A stretch of DNA of 64,000 nt from the human T2T-CHM13v2.0 reference genome, Homo sapiens. Under the pieces are notes generated by a model, which saw nothing but the letters and a program-made list of their open reading frames with translations, had not been told where the DNA came from and did not search any database. Made by a program: the position numbers and the translations under genes. Positions 1-14,356 of this stretch are shown piece by piece; the stretch's first letter is position 1, and every line of letters starts with the position of its first letter. The stretch lies in NCBI RefSeq assembly GCF_009914755.1, contig NC_060942.1; one strand, written 5' to 3'.

Positions 1-2034
1 CCATCCCTGCCACTGAATCCCACCATTACCACATCACCCCTACAAAACCCTGCTCTCTCTCACTGCTATGCGTTCACCAGCCCCATCAGCCCTCCTGGGC
101 TTCAGAGCACCCTAGCTGTGTCTTGCCTGCTGACTCCCAGGTCCTTGTCCCTCTGGCCCTCTCCAGTGGCCACTCCACCTTGCTCCCAGGCTTTCCTTGA
201 CACCCTCAGCTCCAACTCCCCATCCAGCCTGCACACTCCACATAGCCCTCCATCCAGCATGGCACCCCTCTGCCAGCCCACTCCCCACCTCACCTATGAC
301 CCAGCAACTAGCACACCAGTCACCACAGGGAGGGGCAGGAGGGGCGAAAAAGAACCAGCAGAACAATGGGCTATTGACTACGAATTCCATTTCTCTTCCC
401 ACATCTGGCTATTTAAACAGTTAGAAGACAGGCTTTGCTCACTGTATGTGTGCACACATATTGGCTACACGATCGCCTATCCTACTTATCCTCGGGAATT
501 TGTTTCAAAGCCGCCTTTTGGAAACTCCTAAGTAGGATGTAATTCGGTGGATTTCATGTTCTGCTCACTGTCTGGCAAAGCAGTTTATTCCACAAACCCC
601 TGGCATACAGGGGGAAAGAGCATGCATGAAAAATGGGGCTGCTCTTTGCCCAAATACCCTGACATTGTCTCCACCTAGGTTTGAGAAGGGACCTCCTTGC
701 CTAGACAGGATCTGTGTAAAGTTTCTGAATGTCTAAATTTTTACATTCTCAACTTCAATAACTTAGGTTGTTAGTATGAAAGAAGCAGTCTGCAAATGGC
801 ATTTAAAAGCAAATTGGATTTTCTTCCCCCAGCTGATACAGCCCTCGGTTCTGCTTGCCAGAGAACGCAGTTTACTTCTGTCTGAAGCAGCCATTTGTCA
901 TGTGTCAGAGGATCAGAAATAAAATTCCTTTGTGTACGACTGTCTAATAAAGAGGGTCTTAATGTTAATAATTTACCTCTAAATGCCGTTTACACATTGT
1001 TTTTCTTGCACCTTCAATCTAAGGTATTGAAGCTGAAAGGTGGATGAGGATTTTCTGAAGATCCTAAATATGTGTTCCGGAATACCATTTACATCAAACA
1101 GCACCTTCTTTATATTCCAGGCCAGTGACTCTGCTTGTAGGTGTTAATGTGTATGAGGAAAGTCGTCCGCTTGGTGTGGGGGTTGGGGAGGTGGGGAAGA
1201 AGCGTAAATCCTTGGGACACAGGAAGGACGAGGGCAGGAGGATGGGTTTGCGACAGAGGAAGGAAGAGAACAGAAAAGGAACAAAGCTGGGACATTCGAC
1301 ATTTGACAAACATGCCCAGAGGGACTTAACGTGCCACCTTTCTCTTTGACAATACGGCCACAGGCACAGACCCAAAGGCTTCCTCGCCTTCAAGACCTTT
1401 CTGGAATGAGGGATGGCCCAAACTTACATATTAATTGACAAATAGAGACATATTCACCTCCTTTATGTGCCACCTGCCCTGGCCCTCCCATCCCCAGCAG
1501 GTGAGGATCCCCTTCTCTGACTCCTGCAGCCCCTGAGGCACATTTCTTTTAGGCTCTTATCACTGCCATGTGCCTGGGTTCCCATCGGACTGGGAGGTTC
1601 AAGGTCATGGACCAATCTCTTCATGTCTTTATCCTCAAGGTCTAGCACAGTGCTCATCACATAGAGATCACCAAAGAAGAAGCTGTTGAATAAATGAAAG
1701 GCCCAGTCCCTGCTACCAAGTTGCCCATAGTCTAGGGCAGAAGACAGAAGCAAATAGAGGGTCACAGTGCAGGCTGAGGATGCTGCAGGGAGAGGGGACC
1801 CCAAGCCTCAGAGGCTTCCAACAGCAAAGGCTCACTTCTTACTCACCTTCATGACCATCACAGGTTGGTCATCACCCTCTGCTCCACGACCTCTTCACTT
1901 CAGGACCAAGGTGGAAGGAGCATCCAGGAGCATGCCAAGTCCTGGGCGTGCAGGTCTTACAGCATGGGGAAAAGAGAAACAGTGGAGCAACACAGAAGGG
2001 TCTCGAAGTGCCTGCTTCAAAATGGCACATGTCT

Positions 2035-2358
2035 GGCCAGGCTCAGTGGCTCATGCCTGTAATCCCAGCATTTTGGGAACCTGAGGCAGGAAGATCCCTT
2101 GGGACCAGGAGTTCAAGACCAACCTGGGCAACAGAGAGAGACCTTGTCTCTACAAAAAAAAAAAAAGTAATTAGCCAGATGCGGTGGTGCATGCCTGTAG
2201 TCCCAGCTACTCACGTAGCTGAGGTGCAAGGATCACTTGCGCTCAGGAGGTTGAGGCTGCAGGGAGCCATGATCACAACACTACACTCGATCCTGGATGA
2301 CACAGTGAGACCCTGTCTCTAAAAAAATTATAAATAAATAAATAAATAAATAAATAAA
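2035..2358 (+). mobile_element. AluJ-type SINE
   Basis: Dimeric Alu with (TAAA)n tail; TSD-like aaaatggcacatgtct / aaaagtcgcacatgtct; inserted in an old MLT1-like fragment (about 1780-2480). Confidence 0.95.
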
Positions 2359-3585
2359 ATTTTTTAAAAAACAAAAGTCGCACATGTCTCTTCCACCCAC
2401 ATTTCGTGGTCCGAAACGTGCCACGTGGTCCAGCCTGCCATCAGGCAGCCAGGAAATCTCCTCTTCCCTCGGGATGGCCTGGTCAGGAGAGACAGCAAAC
2501 ACTGAGCCATGGTACTGACAACTGCAAACACTGCGATAGCAGAACAACCCTGGGCTCCGTGATCAAGCCAGGAGTGCTGGAGTTGCTTCCAGGGATGCAG
2601 CACTTGAGCTAAGTGAAGTATGAGTGGGATTCAGCCATTCCTGCTAGAGGTGGAAAAGACCAAAAGTGAGGCTTCGGGTGATGGCTGCCTGAGCTGGCTG
2701 CCACCCACAGGGAAGTGGCCCCAGAGGCCTTGTGGAAGCCTGTACATTTCCCACATTTCCAAAGATGGAAGAAGCAGCAGCTGTAGTTGGAGCTGCCAGG
2801 ACCTCTGCCCAAAGGCCAGTTCGATGCTGGGATGTCACTGGCTTCATCCCAACTAAGGATGTGCAGTCTCCAAGAGCACAGGCAAGGCCTTTGGATGCCC
2901 TCCTTGCCCCCTGACATAGTCCCCAGATTCTGAGAGGTTCAGAGCCCTCTCCCTGCAGACACAGGGGTTGGGAGAGGACAGCCATAAAGGAAGGCAGGAG
3001 AGACACAGACCCTCTGAGTGACCTGCCTTGGAGACTGTGCTCATTTTCCCAGGCAACCACCTCAGCCTGTGCTGGAGATGTCAGTGATGGAGGACACCTT
3101 CACGGCCCATCCAACGGGAAATGGCCAAAGCCATGCAGCTGCTGCCCACACTGTGTGTGCTTTGCCAGGAGACCCTGGAATCCACCCGACTGGACCAGAG
3201 GCGGGCACCCAACCAAGGGGCAGCCACACCTTGGGAGGGACAGTGACCTATTAAGGCCTAGTGTTGGAGAGGGAAGCTGAGCCCTCTCATGGTTTTCAAC
3301 TAGAGATGAGTGAGAGATGGAGCCAGTGAGGCAGAAGGTGGAATCAACTCAGAACCACACTACCCCGGCGTGATAGGAAACACGCATGATGAAGCAGGCT
3401 GTTGGGAGAAGGAAAGGGCTGGGCTGGAGGGCACCTGCAGACAGAGACAGATGGAGAGAGAGAGAGAGAGAGCCCTGACAGATTTCAATTCCAATCCAAT
3501 CCAAAAGTGATTTGACAAAGACCTTTTATTCCAAAATAAGTCTCTACCCTTCACAACCAAAAAAGACTAGCTTGAATATATCCAC

Positions 3586-3940
3586 TATCTTCACCCACTG
3601 GGGATGCTGTAACAGAATAGGGAGATTTACAAACAACAGAAATTTACTTCTCACAGTTCTGAAGGCTGGGAAGTCCAAGGTCAAGGTGCCGGCCGCTTCA
3701 GGGTCTGGGGAGGGCTCATTCCTGGTTTCTAGAGGGACATTTTTTCCTGTGTCTTCCAATGGTAGAAAGGGCAAGGCAGCTCCCTGGGTTCTCTTTGATA
3801 AGGGCACTAACCTCATTCATGAGGGCTCCACCCTTATGATCTCACCACCTCCCAAAGTCCCCACCTCCTAGTCCCATCACCTTGGAAGTTAGGATTCAAC
3901 ATATGAACATTTTGGGGGGACACAAATATTCACCCTAGCA
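3586..3940 (-). mobile_element. MaLR solo LTR (MLT1A/MSTD-like)
   Basis: aacaacagaaatttacttctcacagttctgaaggctgggaagtccaagg...gattcaacatatgaacattttggggggacacaaa matches recalled MLT1A/MST consensus. Confidence 0.85.
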
Positions 3941-4861
3941 CCCACCAAATGAGCATCCTCTGTGTGGGTGCCCCAGGAAGTGGCACAGCATTGTAGACAA
4001 GGCCAAACCTAAGACGAAGTGCAAGCTGATTTGTGACACATCCAGAATGGTTGAAACCATGAGGGGAGAAACCTTTAAAAGAACAATAACTTTGAAATAC
4101 ATACAAAATACAATGATACCCTTTATCATCTAAAGATATACAAGTTAGGAACTTTAAAGTGGTGACTTTTTCTATGAAAAAGTCACAACTTCAATAATAT
4201 CTTTATAGTATACTTATAGACATGAAAAGCTGAGAGTGACAGTGAGAATTTTAACATAAATATTCTTTCTCCAATTATAATTTATTTTTTATTTTTCTGC
4301 TGTAATTAGGTCCATTTTTAGTTCCTGCTGTTGTCTATCTGTTTCAATCCTTGTTCATCAATCTTGGCAAAGGATTGGCAAAGGATTGTCTCTTTTGGTG
4401 GTCTTTAAAAAAGAAAAAAAGATTTTGGTTTTATGAATTAACTCCACTTTTTGTTTTCTGTTCATTTGAGCTTTCATCTTTATTAATTATTTCTCTTTAT
4501 TGTCTTTGGTTTTATATTGTTGCTTTTTACCTAATTTCTTAAGTTGAAATCATAGGTTATTTATTTTCAGACTTGGTATTTTCTAATTAATGAACTTAAA
4601 GCTTTACAATATCTTCTGAAGAATCATACTCCACATATTTGGATATACTGTGCTCTTGTATTTGTTCTAATAATGTGTTATTTCCATTTTGATTAACCTT
4701 TAATTCAGTAATTATTGAGATAAATGTGTTATTTAAATCACAAGTCCAGAGATTTTATTTTTGGCATTATTTGGTTGATGGTTTCTCATTTTATTGCATT
4801 ATGACTTGTGAATGTGGCATTTAAGTATCATGGTAATCTTTAAAAATGTATTAATATTTTA

Positions 4862-5498
4862 CAAAGGGATACCTGCAACGCCATGTTTATTGCAGCATTA
4901 TTCACAATAGCAAAGACATGGAATCAACCTAAGTGGGAATCAACAGATGAATGGGTTAAAAAATATATGCTATATATACACAAGGAAATACTATTAGGCC
5001 ATAAAAAAGAATGAAATCATGTCATTTGCAGCAACATAGATAGAACTGGAGGTCGTTATATTAAGTGATATGAGCCAGGCTCAGAAAGACAAATATTACA
5101 TGTTCTCATTCATACGTGGAAGCTAAGAAAGTTGATCTCATGGAGGTAGAGACTAGAATGATAGATACCAGAGGCAGAGAAAGGTGAGGTGGGAGTGTAG
5201 AGATGAACAGAGGTTGGCTAATGGTTACAAAATGCACAGTTAGACAGAAAGAATTAAGTTCTAATATTTGATAGCAGAGTAGGCTGCCTCTAGTTAACAA
5301 CAATGTGTTGCATAATTCAAAATATAGCTAGAAGAGAGGACTCGAAATGTTCCCAACACATAGAAATGATAAATGCTTCAGGTAATGGATATGCTAGAAC
5401 CCTGACTTGATCATTACACATTCTATGCATTTAACAAAACATCACATGTACCCCATAAATATGTACAAATATTATGTATCGATGTAAAAAAGAAAAAA
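4862..5498 (+). mobile_element. L1MA-type 3' end (5'-truncated LINE-1)
   Basis: ORF2 end plus 3'UTR (atgtttattgcagcattattcacaatagc...catgtaccccataaatatgtac), A-tail, TSD-like aaaaatgtattaatatttta / aaaaatatactaatgtttta; sits inside an older minus-strand L1M (about 4200-6500). Confidence 0.9.
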
Positions 5499-6959
5499 TA
5501 TACTAATGTTTTATATGTTACCTAATATGTGGGCAACTATGTGAATGTTCTACGCATGTTTGAAAGAAATTTCTATTCTCTATTTGTTCAGTATATATCA
5601 AGCATTTTATATATCACCAACCTTATTATGTTATTTGCATCCCCTATAACCTTACTTGTTGGTCTGATCTGTTGAGAAGTAAGTTGAAGTATCTGACTAT
5701 AATATTATATTTATCTATATTTCCCAGCAGTACTATCAACTTTGCTTTCTATATATGTAAACTTTCTGTTATATGCATAATGGCTCATAATTATCATATA
5801 TCATTTAACAGGGAGTTTCTTCATCAACATAAAATATTCCCCTTTATTTTATTTGCTATTAATGCTACTATCCCTATTTTTATTTTATTAGCCTTCCCTG
5901 ATATATATCTTTACATTTTTCCTTTCTCTTTAAATTTTTCTATTTACATTATATGTATCTTGCTAGAAAACTGCATGAAACTGGATTTTTAAAAATCCAA
6001 TTTGAAAGGAATGTAACTCATTCAAAAGTATTGTGATTGCTGATATGCTTAGAGTTACTCTAACAATGATGTGTGTGTATGTGTGTATGTCTCTATATGT
6101 ATTCTATTTATTATGCTTTTTTATTTGATTTCTACCCATTTTTCTGCCTTTGGTAATTCATTTGAGCTGTCTTCATTTGATTCATTTTTTTCTAATATTT
6201 TAAGAGTTACACCCTGGATTTCTATTTTCTGGTGTTTACCCTTAAAATTTTGTCAGCAATCCCTTGCATTTCCATAACAATATCTACAAATAATCAGTAT
6301 CTATATTCAGCCTTAGATCAAACTAAGAACAAACCGACTGCCCATCCCTCCCTCGGTTCCTCACCGCCTCAACCCTGCTATCCCCCATGATGGCATCTGA
6401 AATTTTTCTGGGTGGTTTTCAGCTTTTAAACATTTTTACAATAAACAACAAGTTTTACTAGCTTCTTTTAACCTTATTATGTTTTCCTCCAGATTCAGTC
6501 TTTTCCTGTATTTGTTGTATGTAAGATGCTCAATTATATAATGCCCATCTCAATTTTATTCAGATAAATTTGGGCAGAAAGTAATTGTGTATTTTTATCA
6601 TAGAAGCATTGAGAGTTATTTGAAAGTGTTTTAAAAGTGATTTCGTGAAGGAAAATATGTTATTGTGTCCATATTATCATTCAGAAATGTTTAGCTTTGT
6701 TAAACAAAGAGCACACAAAATAGTAATTTAAAAGTGTAGAAATGTATTTTTCTCTCAAGTGAAAGACAGCTCAATGGCAATGACTCTGCATGATGTCAGA
6801 AATTCAGGCTTGTTCTATCTTATTGCTTTGCAGAACAGGGCTGCTTCTTCCAACATTATCTCATGGTTCAGTATGGCTGCTAGGACTGCAACCATCACAT
6901 CTCTTTACATGCAGAAAGAAAAAGAAGGGCATCCCAGTCTTTTAAAGAGATTAATCAAC

Positions 6960-7800
6960 AGAAGACCCTAAAAGCTTCCAGAGTGTAGAAAAAGATCCCA
7001 TTTAAAATAAAAGATCATATCCAAATGATTCAGAATCAGAATATCTATAGCAATACTGGAAGCTAAAAGACAACGAAACAATGCTTTCAAAGAGGGTAGA
7101 AAAATATTCTCCAATTTATAATTCTATAACCAACCAAACTGCCAAGAGTGAGAGTTTTTCATTTTTCACAGGAAACTACTGAATGATACAGATCTCCAAA
7201 ATAAGGAAGTAAACCTAGAAAAAGAAAGACATGGGACCCAAGAATCCCACCAAGAAAAGAGGTGAAGAAAAATCCCAGGATGATAGCTAATCAAATAGTT
7301 AACATATTTCAACATATTCTAAAGAGATTTTCAATTCTGTAGAAGAATTTAGGAATAGATTTGCAATACACTAACAAGTTATAAACTAAGCAAATGAAAA
7401 CAAAAGCAAGTATCAATCCAGGAGGAAGAAAAAAGAATTATACTCATAGCACCCTACATGGCTTAGCTATGAATATTTATATGCTCATACTAATATAAAT
7501 ACCCAACTAGTGACTTTTATGAAAAATTGTGATACAGCTCTATTGGAGGATGGGGGAAGGATAGTTTGTGTGTTTGGTGAGAGAGCAAATGGGTGTGTAA
7601 AGAGCTAAAATTTAATTATCTGTGGTTGAAAGTCAATCAATAACTCTTAAAACTGAGAAATCATGAAATAGCTACCTATGCAAGAAATTTTAAAATATAG
7701 AAGTAAATAGCAGATTAAATAGCTAAAAGAGTTGAGAGGGGTTACTCTGGGGAGTGCAGATTTAGGATGGGGAGAACAGGATAACAAACCACTCTCTTAT
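6960..7800 (+). mobile_element. HAL1 / old L1ME ORF1-like remnant
   Basis: cagaatcagaat...caatactggaagctaaaagacaacgaaacaatgctttcaaa resembles the HAL1/L1ME ORF1 end. Confidence 0.6.
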
Positions 7801-8219
7801 GTTATCTAATAATATTTTTGTCTAAATAACTGTAATAGTTTGTTAAACAACATAAATATATTAATATTTTATATATCAATATGTTAGTATTTTTATATAT
7901 CAATATCTTAATGTTGTAAAGGTATTAATGCCAGGCTATTTGGGATACTTTTTCCTTGCTGACAGGGGAGGAGATGGAGGAAGGCAGGCATCCTACACAC
8001 TAGCCAAAGACAATAATTCTTCCAAAGAAGAACTGGAAGGCTGGTAAATGTTCTGAACCCTTACTTGTCTGATGTAGCTTCATTTTACCCTCGCACTTGA
8101 ATGATCATTTATGTTCAAAGCCATTTCCCCTCAGAGCTTTGAAAACATTGCTCCATTATTTTCTTGTATCCAATTGTGCTAATGAGGAATATGATATCAA
8201 TCCAATTCTTGTTCCTATG

Positions 8220-8654
8220 CGTAGTGGGTTGGAGTGAGTTACCCAAAAAGACACATTTAAGTCCCAGACCCAACCCCCAGCACTTGTTAGTGTGACCTTA
8301 TTTGCAAGGAGGGTGTGTGCAGATATAATTAAGGATCTTGAGATGGGATCTTTTAGGGTGGGCCCTAAGTCCAAGGACTGGGGTCCTTATAAGAAAAGGA
8401 AAGAATGCAGAGACACAGAGAAGGCTATGTGGAGATGGAAGCAAAGAGCAGGATCATGGAGCTGCAGGCCAAGGAGTGCCAAGGGTTGACAGGAGCCACC
8501 CAAGCTAGGAGAGAGGCATGGAACAGGCTCTCCCTCACAGCCTCCAAGAAGAATCAACCCTTCTACACTTCAGAACTGTGATAATTAAATTTCTGTTGTT
8601 TTAAGCCACTCAGTTTGTGATAATTTGTTACAGAAGCCCCAGGGAGTGAATATA
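8220..8654 (+). mobile_element. MLT1B-like solo LTR
   Basis: gtgaccttatttgc...gatataattaaggatcttgagatggga...taaatttctgttgttttaagccactcagtttgtgataatttgttacag. Confidence 0.85.
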
Positions 8655-9258
8655 CAGTTGACCCTTGAACCACATGGGTTTGCACTGCACAGATCCACTT
8701 ACAGGCAGGTCTCCTTCCGCCTCTGCCACCCCTGAGACAGCAAAACCAACCCTTCCTCTTCCTCCTCCTCAGCCTACTCGACATGATGCTCCACTTCCAC
8801 TTAGTAAATAATAAATAGATTTCCTCTTCTTCATGATTTTTTTTCTGTTTTTTTCTTTTCTTTTTTTTCTTAGAGACAGGGTCTTGCTCTGACTGCCAGG
8901 CTGGAGTGCAATGCCACCATCATAGCTCACTGCAGCCTCGAACTCCTGGGCTCAAGTGATCCTCCTGCCTCAACCTCCCAAAATGCTGGGATTAGAGGCA
9001 TGAGCCACCACACCTGGCCCTGCGATTTTCTTGATAACATTTTCTTTTCTCTGGCTTCCTTTATTGTAAGGATACAGTGTCTAACACATATGACATACAA
9101 AGTATCTGTTAATCAACTGTTTACATTATTGGTGAGGCTTCCAGTCAACAGCAGGCCATTAGTAGTTAAGTTTTAGTAGAGTCAAAATTTACACACAGAT
9201 TTTTTTACTATACAAAAAGTCAGCATCCCTAACCCCCAGATCGTTCAAGGGTTAACTG
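8655..9258. mobile_element. Tigger2a/MER28 DNA transposon fossil containing an Alu monomer
   Basis: TIRs cagttgacccttgaac ... gttcaagggttaactg; TA immediately upstream. Confidence 0.85.
8838..9019 (-). mobile_element. Free Alu monomer (FLAM/FRAM-like)
   Basis: Monomer-length Alu sequence with T-tract, nested in Tigger2a. Confidence 0.85.
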
Positions 9259-9699
9259 TGCTATGTATTTAAGTTTTTTTTTTTCTCTCTCAGGAGACTT
9301 CTAGGACTTTTCCTTTATCTTTGTTGTCCTAAAAATCTCACTTACATGTCCATGCTTGTATTTTGTTTTGTTCTGCCAGCTATGTGTGGGCCCTTTAAAT
9401 CTGAGCACTTATGTCTTTCTTTAGTTCTGGAAAATTCTTTTGCTAATTCTTTAAGTGTCACCTCCTCTCCATTATTTCTATTTCATTCTCCTGGTACTCC
9501 TTATTTAAATGTCCTTGGTGTTGACTAACTGTCCTTTTACGCTGTCTGTCATCTTACCTTCTGCATCATTCCTGGAGAAATTCTTGCCTCGATCTTTTGG
9601 CTATTCTCTCTTCACCTATGCTCATCCCTCAATTCAGTCCACCAATTCTGAGATTTTTGTTCAACTAGCAAAATTTCCATTTTCATAATCTCTAGCTAA

Positions 9700-10071
<372 letters not shown>

Positions 10072-10392
10072 TAGAGGACATTAATTTTTCTTACCTTAAA
10101 GTCCTTTCTACTTGTGCTGTTCCCTCTGTCTTCTCAGAGCTAATTCCCTCACTCGTCATCTGGATGCTCCTGCGTTATGACATCAGCTCTCCTCAAACAT
10201 TTGGCCATTCTTGATTCCACCTTCCTCTCTGAGGCTGAGCACTGGCAATTCTGTTTGCTCACCCTGCTTGAAGGGAAAGGGAACAACTGTTGAGAGCAGA
10301 AGATGGGCATGGCCACACACCCCTGACATCTGGGAGTGAAGTATCCTCATTCCTTCTAAGACTTGCCCAGCCCCAGGAAACCCCCCATTTGA

Positions 10393-10997
<605 letters not shown>

Positions 10998-11179
10998 TAA
11001 GAACTTTGCCAAAAGTTTTTTCTTTATGTCTATTTTTTTTGGAGAGAGAGAGAGGTTGTTGGGTGTCCTCAGAATGCCATTGTCTCATACCTTCTGCAGG
11101 CCTTTCTATTTCTAATCAGTAGAAAAGCTCAGAACTATCTTCTGATTCTGATATTCACAGCTATTAATTGAGCTCTTCC

Positions 11180-11400
11180 AAGATGTCAGGCAATTTGTTA
11201 ACTCTTCATGTGCATCATCTTATTGAATACGGCAACCCATACAGGTGGTAAAATTAATATGCACATTTAATAGAGGGGCAAACTAAGGCCAGGAGAGGTT
11301 ACTTGTCTCTGATCACAGAAGAACTAGTGAGTAGTAGAGGTGGAATTTGAGTCTGGATGTGGCTGATTCCAGAATCCAAGCATTTGGGCCCTCTACTTGT
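11180..11400 (-). mobile_element. MIR SINE
   Basis: Core resembling gaggaaactgaggc...agaggtta; ggtggaatttgagtctgg. Confidence 0.7.
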
Positions 11401-11494
11401 TAGTCTTCAATGATGTTGCTTATGCCATATCCTATTTCTTGGTATTGGTTTGTGCATTTGTTAAAGAAGATTAGCATAGAATAATGGGTCTCAC

Positions 11495-11690
11495 TGTGTG
11501 ACTTTGTTCCCCCACAACATGTGACAATGTCTACAGACATTTTTGGTTGTCACAACATGGGAGGAGGTGTGTGCATGCTGCTGGCATCTAGAGGGTAGAG
11601 GCAGGGATGCTACTAGATATTCCATAACACACAAGTCAGTCTCCTGACAAAGAAGTATTCAGCCTCAAATGTCAGTAGTGCTAAGTGCCA
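11495..11690. mobile_element. MER20 (hAT)
   Basis: caatgtctacagacatttttggttgtcacaac...ctggcatctagagggtagaggcagggatgct. Confidence 0.85.
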
Positions 11691-14264
11691 CCAGTAGACA
11701 CCCCAGTGTAGACCATCTGAAACCTCTTCCAACCTTGAAAGTTCATGGCACTCTTCCAGAGCTCCCCCGTCAGTGACATCAGTGTTAAGTGCAGGAAGGT
11801 GTCTCCAGAAGACTCTCGAGGCCCAGGCTCGCCAATGTCTCGAGACAATAGATTTCAAAGGTGATGGCTATGAGCCACTCCCATGCATGAGAGCTCTGGT
11901 GGTCTACCTTCTACCCTGGGGTCTCCAGCGTCATGGACTCAAGACTCCACACAAGCCTCAGCACCGTGTTTACATTCACCATGTGGATCCCCATGAGGCA
12001 AGAGGTGAAGACTGCAATCCAAATGCTGGGGTTCTCTCTTGCTGTTTTCTTCCTCTCCATTTTAAACAGGCAGCCAGGCTCTGTTCAGCTTCTTAGTCTC
12101 AAGGATCTCTGCAGGATGGAAAGCAGAAAAGCCCCTCAACAGTCAGGGAGAGGGGAGCCAGAAATGGTGGTACCTAGGGGAGGTGGCCAGATCTTGGGGG
12201 CACACTGAAGTGTGATGCACCTGGGGAGCCAGCCCCTAAGCCTGGGAAATCCAGCCCTGCCAAAAAAGTGCAGGGTCCCAAACAGGCCTATGCAGCAGGG
12301 GGACCTGGGAATTCTCCCAGGCAACCAAAGCAGCCTGGGGCGGGACTCAGTAGAGACATTGCCCCAGACCGGAGTGCCTCTGGAGGGTCCTACGCAGCTG
12401 TGTTCAGGGTGAGGGGCAGAAGCTTAAAACACCACTGTACCCTGCCTGAACTGCAGTCACATGGAAAGAGGGAAGATGAAGACGGAAGCCTGCGAGCAGA
12501 ACTGGGGGGCGGGGACCAAGCCTGGGCTCCTCTCCACCCTGTGATTGGACCCACTGTGGCCGGTGCCATTCCAGAGCCACCCTGGGTTTGGCGTGAGGCA
12601 TCTCCCAGCTGTTATTTGACCTCTAGCTCCCATGGGCTTATTTGAAAATACCTGCCTGCCTTTCCCTTCCAGCTCCACCTGGGAAGCCTGATCTCATCCA
12701 GTTAATAAAACAGGAACAGAGGCATGGGACGCAGCGAAGGCACCCGTGGGACCCTGTCCTGGTCCCAGCTTGCCCAGTCTCACGGTGGTGGTGAAGTGAA
12801 CCAACCTGAGTTTCTTCTCTATTCTCTGCCTGCTGACAGGAACAAAGGCCAGGAGGAACAGGCCTTACAGCTAAAAGGTTCCCTTGGAGGCCCATCTCAA
12901 ATTCCCTGCAGGTGTGGCCACTCGTCACAACCTGATTCCTGGTGACCTCTCTCTGCGCAAAGGCAAATGGAGAAACAATATCTCAGTTTATGAGACCCTG
13001 GTTTTAGAACTTAAGTCCCATTTCCCTATGGACCCACAGGAATATTTTGGAGATCGTTAATCTTCATTTCTGATTGATTTTCTGTCAATATTTCCCCCAC
13101 CCCAACCTTTCCATCAAGTAGTTAATGAGCTGTAAACAAACACTTGAATGCACCGGGGCAGTGGTTTTCCAAGAAGCCTTTTGAACTGTGAACCAAGGCC
13201 GGGCAGTACAAACCGCACCCTCTGGTTTGCTGTGGGCTCATTTGTGCCTCTAGTTTTTCTCACATGGGTTCCCCAGGACTGGTGAAGTGAGAAGAGCCCC
13301 CCGCCTCCTGGAGGCAAAGCAAGTAACAATTAACTCGCCATAAAGGGGAGTGCACTGAATAAACCCCAAATCTCTCCCCTCTGCCTCCCGCCCCAAGTGT
13401 AGCCACTTCTCTGGGTCAAGCGCTCCAGAAGGTTCACCCGCACGGGAGGTGGCAGAATCCAGGAGCACCGTAGGTATCCGACCCCCTCCTGGCAGGGCTT
13501 AGATGAATAGAGCTGGGAAAAGTTTGAAGCCTGTGTTCCTGTGAGAGGGGAGGCTTGGGCCCACCCACATGGCACTGCATGGCCAGGGTGACGCTGGAGG
13601 TTCCCGAGGGGCCTGAAGACTTAGAAGGTCCCAAAGATGACAGTGGTAGAGACTCCGTGCCGGACCCCACAATCTGGTTTGTGTCAGCCCTGGGAGTGTC
13701 ATGCAAGACCCCTCACCGCGGGTCTCAGTTTCCCCATCCATCCTGCTTCCGTCGCAGCGGTATTAGAAGGATCCGGGGACACACGCTTGGGAAAAGTCTA
13801 ACGGTGTCACAGATGTCAGAGGGAACCCTCTGGCCTCCAGGATCACAGATCTGTCCTCCCCACGAGCCAAGGCCCAGGAGTTCCTCTGCAGTCCGCCTGA
13901 ACGTTAACACGCAGGGAAAACTTCAGGGAAAACATACAGCTGATAAAAATTTAATGCTATATGTAACAAAGGAGAATGAATATTTAATCCGTGCTTTTAT
14001 GCGAAACCACATAACCAGGCAGCCCCACGCGGCGCCCCTCCCCTCGCCCGCGCCCGGCAGCGAAGCAGTTAAGCGGCTGGCAACAAGCAGCTCCTAATAA
14101 ACACTCGGCTAATTCTGTAGGAAAAGCACTAATTAGAAAAGCAATAATAATCGGTGTAATTGCTCTAAATTACCCTCCTAACAGAGAACGGCGCTCGGAG
14201 CCGGGAACGCAGCTGCCGCCGCCCAGCCCTGAGCCCCGCGCTTCGCGCCCGCGGCCCTGCGCTC

Positions 14265-14283
14265 TGCTGACCCCTGGCGGCCG
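14265..14283 (-). promoter_or_regulatory. CTCF-like motif (weaker)
   Basis: Reverse complement CGGCCGCCAGGGGTCAGCA, near the CCACCAGGGGGCAGCA consensus. Confidence 0.45.
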
Positions 14284-14336
14284 CCGCGCGCCGCGCCGTC
14301 TGGACTGCGAAGGGCAGCCGCGCGAAACCCGACGCT

Positions 14337-14356
14337 CTGGCGCCCCCTGGTGTCCG
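14337..14356 (-). promoter_or_regulatory. CTCF motif
   Basis: Reverse complement CGGACACCAGGGGGCGCCAG, near-perfect core, with an upstream TGCGGCATC module-like sequence. Confidence 0.8.
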
